The position numbers and the translations under genes were made by a program. From Nitrospirota bacterium (GTDB lineage: Bacteria > Nitrospirota > Thermodesulfovibrionia > Thermodesulfovibrionales > UBA9159), in assembly GCA_963699545.1 (NCBI GenBank), contig CAVOUE010000009.1, positions 159,692 to 223,691 on the forward strand: a DNA stretch of 64,000 nt. The letters run 5' to 3'. The notes under the pieces were generated by a model that saw only the letters and a program-made list of their open reading frames with translations, was not told where the DNA came from and did no database searches. Of the stretch, positions 41,637 to 52,050 are shown piece by piece; within the stretch, counting starts at the first letter, position 1; each line of letters opens with the position of its first letter.

Positions 41637-42827
41637 TCACAGTCTTTTTGCCAATGGATTCTTATGCCAGTTTACCATCTTGAACAATCCGTAAAGCGGC
41701 ACTTTCCAGAGGCTCCTTCCCCAGATGTGCCTCAGAAAGCTCGGAAAGCTGACAAGTTTATTGAGCAGCATTGTATCTCCCGCCAATCGTGAATGCTGAC
41801 ACCAAAGGTCGAGCATGGCAGTCCAGCGTGTGGGCGGATTGATATTGACCATGTGTTCAATCCGCTCATTCTTCGAAACAGGCAGATCGCAAATTCTGCG
41901 TAGGACCTCCGAAGGGATAGGGGCAGCCACCAAATCCTTCAGATAGTTCAGGGTCTCTCTCAGAGGCAAGACCAGGCGGCGTTTCCGGGACTGTTCAATG
42001 AGGCGATTCCAGCTAATTTCGGATTGGGAGGTATCGAGAATGATCGATGTATCCGCCACCCAACGGAATGGCGGAGTGTAGTTCCACCTTGCCCCGTGAA
42101 TGCAGGTGTGCAACAGTTGATCGGTTGGGTTTAAGACACAAGTAGGCACATCGTGGAATCTAGTCTCACTAGCCCCCTCCCAAAAATCATCGTCTGCATT
42201 TGCTTCCCGGCATTGCGACAATACGTGCCAGTGTAAATCAATTTCTTGTCCCTTTCCGTTTCTAAAACCGTGAGAATAACTAACGGACATATATTTATCG
42301 GCAGGCTCGAAATCCATCGGCGTCCATCCTAACGCTCGCAACAAATTCATTGCCGCAGAAACCTGATTCATGTGAATGAGGAGATCAAAATCATTCATCG
42401 GGCGAAGGCCATAATCTTTGTAATAGAGAGAGACGAGAGCAGCCCCCTTGAGCGTCATCGTCTCAATGCCCGCATCGTGAAAAGATCGGAGAAGCAAGGC
42501 AATCGCGTGGAATAAGACTTGGTTCTTGTACCATGTTTGACGATAGACACCTTTATATTTGCCCAGCGAAGGATCTTTGATCCCATGAACCTGTAAATTA
42601 CGATAGAGCAGAGGCAACATTCGGTAAGAACCGGGATCCAGTTCCTCTACTTCAACATCGGATTTCCATTCCTTCCAGGCCTCAATCGCTCCCGGACCCT
42701 TCAACAGCGCGGCCCGCAGAAGCAGTTCCTGCTGCGCGGTCGGCAGCCAGGATTCTTCATATCTTCCTGTATTCACAAATCGAATCGCCTGTCCTTCATG
42801 GTTTTGTATTGTTGCAGGAAAAGACAT
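41637..42827 (-). CDS. Nucleotidyltransferase family protein (NTP_transf_5-like)
   Basis: LKGAAL, RPMNDFDLLI, IDLHW, LLHTCIHG, RWVAD. Confidence 0.88.
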   Translation of the reverse strand: MSFPATIQNHEGQAIRFVNTGRYEESWLPTAQQELLLRAALLKGPGAIEAWKEWKSDVEVEELDPGSYRMLPLLYRNLQVHGIKDPSLGKYKGVYRQTWYKNQVLFHAIALLLRSFHDAGIETMTLKGAALVSLYYKDYGLRPMNDFDLLIHMNQVSAAMNLLRALGWTPMDFEPADKYMSVSYSHGFRNGKGQEIDLHWHVLSQCREANADDDFWEGASETRFHDVPTCVLNPTDQLLHTCIHGARWNYTPPFRWVADTSIILDTSQSEISWNRLIEQSRKRRLVLPLRETLNYLKDLVAAPIPSEVLRRICDLPVSKNERIEHMVNINPPTRWTAMLDLWCQHSRLAGDTMLLNKLVSFPSFLRHIWGRSLWKVPLYGLFKMVNWHKNPLAKRL

Positions 42828-44184
42828 GGATAAATTTTGTTATCGCCCGGACCTCGTGATAAGCAGCTTTCCAATGACCTGCTTTCGTGAGATTCAAAGG
42901 GTTTCCTTCTTCATCAGTGCTCGATATCCAGATACCGTCGTCAGACAGAATCTGATGCCGGAAAATCCAATTGAGGAGCAGGGCAAGCGCCCTGCGGTAC
43001 TCTGCCGCTGCTTCATGGCGAAGGGCATCGGCGAGGGCTGCAAGGCCTTCGGCCTGTACCCACCAGATTTTTTCGGTCTTCGAGGCAGGCTGTTCATCAA
43101 AGCCTTTGAAATAAAACCCTCCCCTCTTGTGGTCGAACCCATATTTCAAGGCATGATCAAGAATGCTGAAAAAATGATCCCAATCGGGAGGGATTTGCAA
43201 AACCTCCTGTGCATGTATCATTAACCAGGCGAATTCAACATTATGACCGTAACAAATCCCCTCGTGACGATTCCCTTTCACTTCGCCCCAGTCGGCCCGT
43301 CGGTATTCACAATATTTACTCGCATCTACAGGAAAAAAATATGTCTTATTGATATGCAGCGCCTCCATCAGCAAAGATCTGACCGATGCATTAGCAGTCA
43401 CATCGTAAAGCTCGGCCAGGGATTCCATCCAGTGCAAATGCGCGTTTCCGCTCTTGAATCCAAGCATATCGGGCATGCTTCTTGGGTACAATAACGACTT
43501 ATTGTTCAGACGTAACGGCCTGAAGTCTGCCTCTCCGTGCTCAATCCATCCGGAATTGATTTTATCGTAAAACATTTCCTGAACCTTTTCGTAGAGGGCA
43601 ACAGCCTGAGCAAGAGGGGCGGACAGACCGCTTGCACGGTGATACTCAACGAGGGCATAGAGGGCAAATGCCTGTCCGTAAAGAGATTTGCAGAGATCCA
43701 CCGCACGACCCCTGAGATCCGTTTTCCAGAAGAACCCTCCGTACTTCTTATCAAGCATATATTCAATCAAAAAAAGGTATCCGACTTCAGCAGCTTTTAG
43801 ATAATTCCGTTTCGCATCGCTGTAACCTAATCGGTGGGCAAGGGAAAATACGAGGATCAAGCGGCTTTGCGAAACCAATTGTTTTTCTCTTGCCTTGTGG
43901 GCGTGGATGTGAAACGTGGACGAGAGAGATGAAAGTAGACGACGCAGCCACGGGTTTCCCGCGTTTGGTGAAGAGTCAAGTTTGTCCGACAAAACATAAC
44001 CGCCGTTCCTTAAGTCGACGGTCGTGTCATACCAGTATGGCAGCACCTTCTCCCGCAGGTATATTTTCATCTCTTTTGCTATTTCACTTTTAGGTTTTTC
44101 TTTGAAATCGATCATCTGCATTTGATTTAAGAAATTCCATCGCCGCTTTTCTGAAGGAGCGATTTCCTTTAAGAGGCGCCTCAT
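42796..44184 (-). CDS. AGE-family epimerase/isomerase (cellobiose 2-epimerase-like)
   Basis: SQSRL, YGQAFALYAL, NAHLHWME, YGHNVEFAWL, KIWWVQAE, WKAAYHEVRA. Confidence 0.88.
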   Translation of the reverse strand: MRRLLKEIAPSEKRRWNFLNQMQMIDFKEKPKSEIAKEMKIYLREKVLPYWYDTTVDLRNGGYVLSDKLDSSPNAGNPWLRRLLSSLSSTFHIHAHKAREKQLVSQSRLILVFSLAHRLGYSDAKRNYLKAAEVGYLFLIEYMLDKKYGGFFWKTDLRGRAVDLCKSLYGQAFALYALVEYHRASGLSAPLAQAVALYEKVQEMFYDKINSGWIEHGEADFRPLRLNNKSLLYPRSMPDMLGFKSGNAHLHWMESLAELYDVTANASVRSLLMEALHINKTYFFPVDASKYCEYRRADWGEVKGNRHEGICYGHNVEFAWLMIHAQEVLQIPPDWDHFFSILDHALKYGFDHKRGGFYFKGFDEQPASKTEKIWWVQAEGLAALADALRHEAAAEYRRALALLLNWIFRHQILSDDGIWISSTDEEGNPLNLTKAGHWKAAYHEVRAITKFIHVFSCNNTKP

Positions 44185-44203
44185 ATGAAATCCGTTGATT
44201 TCT

Positions 44204-44920
44204 TCATTTTACAGGGTCTTCCCCGACCGATGATTTGCGCCGTCTGTCAAGGGAAGCCTTGAGAATTCTCACAAACTCGGGGCGCGATTTGCGTTCACGA
44301 ATACCCGTATTGTCGGCATGGATCCGCCTCAACATTACGACTTCATTCAGCATAATGCTCTTCAGGCTCTTTTCCATCGCCCTCAAATACCAGTCAATAA
44401 AGTCTCCTATTTTCCACCTTGTTTCAAATGTCCCGACTCGAAAAAAGGAATCCCATTTAATAAGCATACTGCCCTTAAAAATCCCCTGCATAACCTCGGC
44501 AGGGATTCGGACCTTTTTTTTCTGATCTTCATCAAGCTCGGAACTGAAGAACTGTTTGACCTGACCGAATACAATGTCTACCTCGGGATTATTATCAAAG
44601 ACAGCCATCTGGCGCATTAATTTATCCTTCTTCCAGAGGTCGTCGGCATCAAGGAATGCGAGAAAACTTCCCCGTGATAATTCAATGCCTCTGTTTAGAG
44701 CAGAGCTGACACCGCCGTTATTCTTATAGATGTATCGCACCTGCGGAGCGAAGCTCTTTGCTATCCAGGCGCTGTTATCTGTTGATCCATCATCCACAAC
44801 AATGACTTCGATTGAGGGATAAGTCTGCCCGAGCACACTTTCGATGGCCTCCCTCAGATATTTTTCACCATTAAATACCGGAATGATGACGCTTACCAAA
44901 CGATCTTCTTCTTTCATCAA
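44204..44920 (-). CDS. GT2 glycosyltransferase
   Basis: VSVIIPVFN, VVDDGSTD, FLDADD, RRIHADN. Confidence 0.93.
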   Translation of the reverse strand: MMKEEDRLVSVIIPVFNGEKYLREAIESVLGQTYPSIEVIVVDDGSTDNSAWIAKSFAPQVRYIYKNNGGVSSALNRGIELSRGSFLAFLDADDLWKKDKLMRQMAVFDNNPEVDIVFGQVKQFFSSELDEDQKKKVRIPAEVMQGIFKGSMLIKWDSFFRVGTFETRWKIGDFIDWYLRAMEKSLKSIMLNEVVMLRRIHADNTGIRERKSRPEFVRILKASLDRRRKSSVGEDPVK

Positions 44921-44996
44921 TGCCTCACCTCAGTATCTCCCTCTCCTGACCATCACCCGCAATTGAACGTATGATTATTCATTGCCAGCTGTCCCT

Positions 44997-46151
44997 TCAG
45001 GCCTGAATCTTTTTGATCCAGCCACAGAGTTGTCCCTTCCTGTAATTATACGAGTAGAGCATATATTTCCTGAGACCTTCATTTCTTAATATCTTGTAAT
45101 GTGCCTTGAGCGTTCGTCTCATTTGGTATCTTAGCCGCCTCGAGGGGTGCAATAGCATCTCGGCCGTCTCGCGTATGGCCCTGCTTTCCGCGTGCAGAGC
45201 CAGTTTCTTGAGCTCTCTTCTTTCCCACAGTCTGCGGCCGTACTTTTCAAAATCATCCGTTCTGACCTTCGTGTCCATCGCTCTGAAGGCCTGGATATTT
45301 TCTTCGATTTCCCGCATAGTATTCATTGAGGGTACGACAACGTCACATGGCGAATTCTGAATACACCATAAAAGGTGTCGCTGGGCCGGAGTCAAGGGCG
45401 GATTACCCTCAACAAGACATTCATTATTTAGGGGTTCAAAAACACTAATTTTCTTGTCCCACTGCGATGGGCCGCAATCCCAGCAAAAAAGTTTCATGCC
45501 GACAATCCCCACATCGTGATCCCGGGCAACAGGAAACAGCTCTTCATTCGCCTGCTGAAATTTCCAATTAAACCGTATCATGACATAGTCAATTGTGTCG
45601 GATTCACGGATGGCCCTGCTGATCAGGGGGAACAGGTTTATCGCATGACAACTGACACCGATGTTCTGAACAAGTTTTTCTTCCTTAAGTTTCATCATTG
45701 CTTCGCATACTGCAACCACGTCACCGTAAGAGGCATCCCCATTCCCAACACTTATAAAAAGCAAAGGCGCATTTGTATATCCTAAAAGATCAAGTCTCGC
45801 TTCGATTTCAGAGCGGAGCTTTTGACGCCATTGTGAATCCACGAGGGAGCCTCCATAAAGGGAAATCACCACATCCTCTTTGATATTTGCACGCCTGAAA
45901 GAATCAGCCAATAGTTCCACTTCCTCTATGTAGGTAGTGTCAAAATAATTTACACCGGAGGATACAAGATGTCGAATAAGTTGTGCTCGGGCGTCAGAAG
46001 ACATGAAACAATCAGGGCCGTGACCGACCGGATATGTATGTCCGCCGAGGCCGAGCACATTCACCTCAAAGCCCGTCCGGCCTAATCTTCGCACGCCCCT
46101 CTTCGATTTATTTTCCGTCTTTACCGCGAATGGAACTTTTTCTTTATCCAA
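44997..46151 (-). CDS. Aldo/keto reductase-like protein
   Basis: RRLGRTG..V..LGLGG, GVNYFDT, IGVSCH, VGIVGMK, VVVPSMN....IEENI. Confidence 0.8.
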   Translation of the reverse strand: MDKEKVPFAVKTENKSKRGVRRLGRTGFEVNVLGLGGHTYPVGHGPDCFMSSDARAQLIRHLVSSGVNYFDTTYIEEVELLADSFRRANIKEDVVISLYGGSLVDSQWRQKLRSEIEARLDLLGYTNAPLLFISVGNGDASYGDVVAVCEAMMKLKEEKLVQNIGVSCHAINLFPLISRAIRESDTIDYVMIRFNWKFQQANEELFPVARDHDVGIVGMKLFCWDCGPSQWDKKISVFEPLNNECLVEGNPPLTPAQRHLLWCIQNSPCDVVVPSMNTMREIEENIQAFRAMDTKVRTDDFEKYGRRLWERRELKKLALHAESRAIRETAEMLLHPSRRLRYQMRRTLKAHYKILRNEGLRKYMLYSYNYRKGQLCGWIKKIQA

Positions 46152-47308
46152 CTGAAAATCTGACCCTTTCTGTAATAGTAGGAATATTGAAAATATTTCA
46201 TAAAACCTTCATTCTTCAATATTCTATAATGTATCCTGATAGTTTTCTTCAACGGCGGGTGGGCTTTCGGGATTTTTATGTTGCCGACCACAAGAGGGAT
46301 GCAATCCGAATCCCGAGACAAAATGTTCGTGGAGATCAATGACAGCCACAAGGTAAACTCAGCGGTCACATCAAAATCGGCGTTGGTGAGCTCCCGGCTG
46401 GGACAATACCATCCTCCGTCCGCGTTTTGCTTCGCCATAATGAATTCTGCGATGTGCAATGCAATATCCCGATAACTTTCCTCGCCCGTACTTCGGTATA
46501 GCAAGGCACAGCCCCACCCGGCCTTGCCGCTTGAATAACCATCCCAGGGATTGATGCAACGCGCCTGAAAATCAAAGAACCACCTTGCCAGATCAAGATA
46601 TCGCGTCTCGTTGGTAGCATCGGCCAGCCGAATGAGGAAAACAAACGGAAGTCCCATAGCGAACCAGCACTGATCTGCCTTCCTCGTATCGATGATCCGC
46701 AAAAAGGCATCATGGTCGTCTTTCGGCTCTGTATATAATCGACCGTCAGCGTTGACCGCAGTGAAAAAGCGATCATTGGGTTCCGGCTGCAAATGTATGA
46801 TGCGGGCGAGATAGTCTGCAATACGTCGGGCTGCATCGATCTTCCCGGCCGCCAAACAGGCAATACCGGCCATACCGGACGACGTAGTATCCGCCATCTC
46901 TCTTCCGCCCTGGTTTGTAAGCCGTGAATAGAATCCACCGTGACCCGCCTGCTGTGCGAGCAAGAACGAGACGGCGGGCATAGCTATATCATAGCGCCCT
47001 GCAAGCATGCTGCCGACAATGAGGTAAGAATTGACATAAGGATAATGGGCCGTGTTGTGCCAGGGATGCTCCCGGGAAAGGAAATCACCTTCTCCAGAAA
47101 AAAAATGCTGCCGCACATAGTTCAGCGAGCGATGTGCCGAAGCAAGCTGTCCGGTCTCCGCCAATGCCCAGCAAGACTTGTAGAAAGCATCTACTTTCGG
47201 GTCCTTTAGGCCCTTCCAGCTCCCGTCTGGATTCTGATGTTCCACAAGCCATCGACTACCTGCGAGGGCACGTTCCAGAATCTGTTTTGCAGGCAGAGGT
47301 TTAGCCAC
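46121..47308 (-). CDS. Prenyltransferase/squalene-cyclase repeat (QW motif) alpha/alpha-toroid protein
   Basis: WLVEHQNPDGSW, FLLAQQAGHGGF and FIMAKQNADGGW repeats. Probable GTG start overlaps the upstream stop. Confidence 0.7.
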   Translation of the reverse strand: MAKPLPAKQILERALAGSRWLVEHQNPDGSWKGLKDPKVDAFYKSCWALAETGQLASAHRSLNYVRQHFFSGEGDFLSREHPWHNTAHYPYVNSYLIVGSMLAGRYDIAMPAVSFLLAQQAGHGGFYSRLTNQGGREMADTTSSGMAGIACLAAGKIDAARRIADYLARIIHLQPEPNDRFFTAVNADGRLYTEPKDDHDAFLRIIDTRKADQCWFAMGLPFVFLIRLADATNETRYLDLARWFFDFQARCINPWDGYSSGKAGWGCALLYRSTGEESYRDIALHIAEFIMAKQNADGGWYCPSRELTNADFDVTAEFTLWLSLISTNILSRDSDCIPLVVGNIKIPKAHPPLKKTIRIHYRILKNEGFMKYFQYSYYYRKGQIFSWIKKKFHSR

Positions 47309-48083
47309 CCGATTGGTCTTTTGACTGCCTGCCTGCTGAACCGGCGGGTTCTTCTCCAAAGAAGGAGAGTCCGGGCAGGGACTCAGCTTCGCTACTATTT
47401 CCTTGTCTTCGCCTGTCAAGTGACTTCTTGAGCATTCCGATAAAATAATGCTTGCCCAATTCCTCCTGATTTGTAATATTACGTTCATGCCGCCGATAAT
47501 AGTGCGTCACCTCTTTATGCATCAGCATCTGAACATTACGTTCCCTGGCCCGCATGAACCAGTCCCAATCATCACAGTATCCCTGTGTCTCATCAAAAAA
47601 CCCCACTTTATCAAAAACAGATCTCCTAAACAATGCACTCCCGACGTTCATAGTAAGTACGGGATCCGACCATTTCTTGAAAGCAGACTCCCCATCGACA
47701 GCGCGCCTTAACATTAAGATCTGCGTATATCCTACGACGATCTCCACTGAACCCGCATCCTTCAAAAGAGCAGACTGAAGCGCAAGTTTATTTTCGCTCC
47801 AAAGATCATCGACATCCAGAAAGGTTATCAAATCCCCTTTGGCCATTTCTATTCCTCTGTTACGTGCGGCCGGCGGTCCGCTGTTGTCTTGATAAAAATA
47901 GCGTATGTTACCCTTCAAACCCTGAGCGATTTCCCCGGTACTGTCCGTCGAGCCGTCATCCACAATGATAATTTCCAACGATTCGTACTCCTGTCTCCGG
48001 ATGCTCTCGACAGCCTCCGCCAAAAAGAACTCTCCGTTGTACACAGGTAGTATGACGCTGACGAAGGACAGAGGCGATGCCAT
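47301..48083 (-). CDS. GT2 glycosyltransferase
   Basis: VSVILPVYN, DDGSTD, FLDVDD, RRHERNIT. Confidence 0.93.
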   Translation of the reverse strand: MASPLSFVSVILPVYNGEFFLAEAVESIRRQEYESLEIIIVDDGSTDSTGEIAQGLKGNIRYFYQDNSGPPAARNRGIEMAKGDLITFLDVDDLWSENKLALQSALLKDAGSVEIVVGYTQILMLRRAVDGESAFKKWSDPVLTMNVGSALFRRSVFDKVGFFDETQGYCDDWDWFMRARERNVQMLMHKEVTHYYRRHERNITNQEELGKHYFIGMLKKSLDRRRQGNSSEAESLPGLSFFGEEPAGSAGRQSKDQSGG

Positions 48084-48190
48084 GCCTACCTCCTGCCGGA
48101 ACTACTTGTGAGTATCGATTCTCTCCGTGTTTGCATCTACTGCTTCCTCCATCCTGATCTCTCCGCTGCTAACAGAGTTTTGATGACAGC

Positions 48191-48937
48191 TCATGACTTT
48201 TTCATATCCGCCAGTTTCGGAAAAGGGACTACTTCGCCCGCCTCTTGTCTGCGGCGATCCAGGGACTTTTTTAAAGCCTTTATAAAAAATCTGTTTCGCG
48301 TCGCCGAATCGAGGGTCATATTGGACTCATGATGACGATAAAAAAGGCTCACCGCTTCCGTAATCGTCATCGAGACACTGTGTTCCCTGGCCCGCATGAA
48401 CCAATCGGTATCCTCACCGTAGCAAAGTGTTTCATCAAAAAGACCGACTTTATCAAATACCGACCTTCTAAAAACTGCAGCTCCGAACAAAAGGGCACAA
48501 TAAGGATCATGCCAGTTTTCAAATCTTGATCGGCCGTCTTCCCCCATCCGTAACTTCATCGGCTGGCTGAGACCCAGAACTATCTCCACCGACACATCTG
48601 CAAGAAGGCTAAGCTGGAGCGAAAGTTTATTCCTGCTCCAAAGATCATCGGCATCCAAAAAGCCGATAACCTTCCCACGAGACATTTGCAGTCCTCTGTT
48701 GCGCGCTGCCGCCGGTCCACGGTTTTCCTGGCGGGTATAAATGATGTGGTCACTGTATCGCCCGGCGACGGTTTCCGTATTATCCGTTGAACCGTCATTT
48801 ACAACGATCACTTCAATCGGCCCGTACTCCTGAACCAGTACGCTCTCGATGGCTTCGCTCAGGTAACGTCCGCCATTGTAGGAAGGAATAATGACGCTTA
48901 CGAGAGAGCTACCCATTTTTTTCATTTTTTTGCTCAA
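48191..48937 (-). CDS. GT2 glycosyltransferase
   Basis: VSVIIPSYN, NDGSTD, FLDADD, GEDTDW, RHHESNMT. Confidence 0.93.
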   Translation of the reverse strand: MSKKMKKMGSSLVSVIIPSYNGGRYLSEAIESVLVQEYGPIEVIVVNDGSTDNTETVAGRYSDHIIYTRQENRGPAAARNRGLQMSRGKVIGFLDADDLWSRNKLSLQLSLLADVSVEIVLGLSQPMKLRMGEDGRSRFENWHDPYCALLFGAAVFRRSVFDKVGLFDETLCYGEDTDWFMRAREHSVSMTITEAVSLFYRHHESNMTLDSATRNRFFIKALKKSLDRRRQEAGEVVPFPKLADMKKS

Positions 48938-50210
48938 GCGCCTTTTTTATTGAAACCGTGCCATCATCGGACTCACCGAAAACCTTTTCTGCTTCAGCGC
49001 ACATAGTCGTCCCGCAGAGCGCATCGATCCTCAACAGAACCCGAAGCGCAGCGTGTTTCCATGTCCAGTACTTGCGTGCTCGCAATGCTCCCCGAGTTCC
49101 TCTTTTAAGGATTCCCAAGGGGGAATTGTATGCTACGCGCAGAATCTCCTCAAGCCGCTTATTGTTCGGTTCGAGTAGGAAGCATTCCTTGTCGAGCTGA
49201 TGGCCGAATACTTTTCTGCCTGAGGAACGTTTTTCGGCATCGATAATCCAACCCACCTCTTCATCCACAAAATCATCTGTAGCCCCGCCGCGGGTGACTA
49301 TAACCGGAAGACCGCTGGACATCGCTTCCAGAGTTGGCAGGGAGAAACCCTCACCACGGTAGGATGAGACAAAAACATCACAGGCCCGATAGAGCGCTGC
49401 CAGCTCCTTCTCGCTGATATCATCATCAATGTAACAAATTTCCGGCATCCCTTTCTGCCCCTGGTACTTCGTGATGAGATCCTGTGAAGTCTGGCCTTTA
49501 TAAATGGTGTTCACTCCCAGATCCTTGATGACCAGGCAGACGTCGTCTTTCGAGGTAAAGGCGCGGGAATAACTCTCAAGCAGAATGTCGAGACCTTTAC
49601 GGTAGATGGTTCCGCCGACAAAGAGGAACTTAAAACGCTTGGTTGTCCGGAGCTCCAGCGATGCACCAGCCGGAGAAAACATCTCGGGGTCCGTACCATT
49701 GGGTACGACATGGACTTTAAGCGGGTCCATACCCGACGAGACAAAGGCATTGCGCGAAAACTTCGACGGCGTCCAGATCTCTTCCGCCTTAGCGAAAGTA
49801 TCAGTATAGTATTTTGGGATTGCCGAATACTCCCATGGATACATGATAATCCATTTAGCTTTACCTGGAGGATTTTGCCTCGGGGGCCATTGATGACGTA
49901 CCCAGACATGCGGGCGTATCGCGCGATCTTTCACAGAAAACCCTTTGGTACGTATATCGTGAGCCAAGAGCTTCTCTAGCTTTGGATTACCTTTCGCAGA
50001 AAACTGATCCGGCTCATAGGGGACGATGGTAAGTTCAGCAACGCCGGTATCAATGATGCTCGAACACAATTCCCGATTTATGAGAGACATTGAATTTATT
50101 GCAAACTGGGTGCCCTCCCAGAAGATATGAGCCTGTTTCCTCGGATCGGGCACGCCCTGAACCTCGATGAGCCGGGGAATGACCTGCTGTTTACAGGACC
50201 CTTCACTCAT
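48909..50210 (-). CDS. GT4 glycosyltransferase
   Basis: RHQWPP, PWEY, RKGLDILL, EGFSLPTLEAM. Confidence 0.92.
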   Translation of the reverse strand: MSEGSCKQQVIPRLIEVQGVPDPRKQAHIFWEGTQFAINSMSLINRELCSSIIDTGVAELTIVPYEPDQFSAKGNPKLEKLLAHDIRTKGFSVKDRAIRPHVWVRHQWPPRQNPPGKAKWIIMYPWEYSAIPKYYTDTFAKAEEIWTPSKFSRNAFVSSGMDPLKVHVVPNGTDPEMFSPAGASLELRTTKRFKFLFVGGTIYRKGLDILLESYSRAFTSKDDVCLVIKDLGVNTIYKGQTSQDLITKYQGQKGMPEICYIDDDISEKELAALYRACDVFVSSYRGEGFSLPTLEAMSSGLPVIVTRGGATDDFVDEEVGWIIDAEKRSSGRKVFGHQLDKECFLLEPNNKRLEEILRVAYNSPLGILKRGTRGALRARKYWTWKHAALRVLLRIDALCGTTMCAEAEKVFGESDDGTVSIKKALEQKNEKNG

Positions 50211-52032
50211 TGTGTCCCCGCTGCCGGTCCCGCATTCTGTCCAGACTCTTTTTCAAGACACGAAGCTGATTCAATTCAACAGGATTCTTGCCATGGGTCA
50301 TATTGTTACCATGCCTCCGGACAAGCAGGGTGATATCCTCCAATTTCTTGATGCCCACCTTTAACTCCCGCGCCCTCATGAACCAGTCACTATCCTCGCC
50401 ATAGCGCAGAGTCGGGTCAAACAGGCCCACTTTGGTGAATGCCGACCTGCGGTACAGCGCCGCTCCGATGTAATAGGGAAATGCCCCTATCGGACTCCCG
50501 CTATATTCATAGGTACGGGTTTCAGGATTACAGACGGCCAGTTGGCCATATCCGTGGACCACCTCAACGTCGTTATCCTGCAACAGCTCCTTTGCCAGAA
50601 TATAGAGATTTTTTTTGGGCCATAGGTCATCCGCATCAAGGATTGCAATATATTCACCCAGCGCTTCTTCGATCCCCCTGTTTCTTGCCGCGGCAGGGCC
50701 ATTATTCCCTTGACTGAAATACCGGATTTCATACGGCAATTGCCTGATGATGTCGGCCGTGTTATCCGTAGAGCCGTCGTCAATAACAATAATTTCTAAA
50801 GAAGGGTAATCCTGAGATATGATATTCTCCACCGCTTCCCGGATAAACTGCCCGCCGTTGAATACAGGCACAATGACACTCACGGAAGGCCATGTTGCGG
50901 AAGCGCCCCGATGTTCCGCAGAATCATCATATGCAGGAGAGATGTTAATCGGATTCCTATAGGGAAGGTCATCGATCAAGTCGGAGACAGCTGCAGGGAT
51001 ATGTGTCAAATCGCGCCCCAACTCCAGATTGAAGCAGGGGAGGCTTGATGATAATTCATCAAGGAACTCAGACGTTCTAATGCTCGCCCCGGGCAATAAA
51101 GTTATCGTAGTGAAAGACGCCGCGCGAAGAGCGTTTTCTGAAGATGTTCTTGTGAGTTTCGATTCGTTCCTGTCTGTAATCCGGGGAACAATGATCGCTT
51201 TTAAAGGCATTGACTTGATAATTTGCCCGCTGAGTGCGGGATAGAGAAAGAGGATCGCTTTTTCATCTCTCGGTCCTCCGGGATTTGAAATTAATCCAGA
51301 CAATTCGGGAAATCTTTCCGCCTGATCCGCGTTCAATTTTGCCGTGCTGTATAAGCTGAACACGCGTGGTTCCGGCTTCAAACGTGTGACGACAAAATCA
51401 TCGCCCAGATAAAAAAAACCGGATTTCAAGCAGGACAGAGCCGAAGTCGATTTTCCGACGCCCCCCTTGCCGGTTAAAAGTACTGCGCCGTTTTTCGTGC
51501 CGACTGCCGCGGCGTGAATAAGCTGGCATTCATTTTTCTCCATCCACCAGTGCAGTAACGTTCTGAGCGGTGAGGCTTTCACCCAAAAAGGCAGGTTCTC
51601 AGCGTGTTCCACCCAAAACAGCCCGGTATTCATTTCCACGTCCAGCATGTTCAAGGAGAACTCAACCCAATGAAACGCAGTTTTTATCTTCCTGTTGTTA
51701 TAACCCCAGATATCTCCCCTATCTGTATATCTATCGCGTTTCCACGGCGGTGAAATCATGCTTTTTTGGGTGGAGTGGCTGTCCCATAGGCAAATAGTTA
51801 GATCAGGGACCACGGCTTCAGATATCCTGAGATGACTTAAAGCAGGCGTTATATGAGGGATTAAGGCTTCACCGGCAAAAGAGAGATGAACTGTCGTGTC
51901 ACATATTTTGTAATAAAAATCAATTCCCCCGGCAGAAGACCTCGCTTCCAGGAATCGCTGATACGCACTCTGAAAAAAAGCTTCCTGCTCTTCTACAGAC
52001 TCTGCCGCACCCATGGCTTTTTTCGACGTCAA
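50203..52032 (-). CDS. HprK-like P-loop kinase fused to a GT2 glycosyltransferase
   Basis: IHAAAV, GKGGVGKST Walker A and LGDD, followed by VSVIVPVFN, DDGSTD, LDADD, GEDSDW. Confidence 0.88.
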   Translation of the reverse strand: MTSKKAMGAAESVEEQEAFFQSAYQRFLEARSSAGGIDFYYKICDTTVHLSFAGEALIPHITPALSHLRISEAVVPDLTICLWDSHSTQKSMISPPWKRDRYTDRGDIWGYNNRKIKTAFHWVEFSLNMLDVEMNTGLFWVEHAENLPFWVKASPLRTLLHWWMEKNECQLIHAAAVGTKNGAVLLTGKGGVGKSTSALSCLKSGFFYLGDDFVVTRLKPEPRVFSLYSTAKLNADQAERFPELSGLISNPGGPRDEKAILFLYPALSGQIIKSMPLKAIIVPRITDRNESKLTRTSSENALRAASFTTITLLPGASIRTSEFLDELSSSLPCFNLELGRDLTHIPAAVSDLIDDLPYRNPINISPAYDDSAEHRGASATWPSVSVIVPVFNGGQFIREAVENIISQDYPSLEIIVIDDGSTDNTADIIRQLPYEIRYFSQGNNGPAAARNRGIEEALGEYIAILDADDLWPKKNLYILAKELLQDNDVEVVHGYGQLAVCNPETRTYEYSGSPIGAFPYYIGAALYRRSAFTKVGLFDPTLRYGEDSDWFMRARELKVGIKKLEDITLLVRRHGNNMTHGKNPVELNQLRVLKKSLDRMRDRQRGHNE

Positions 52033-52050
52033 TGGCCCTCAAACACACAT

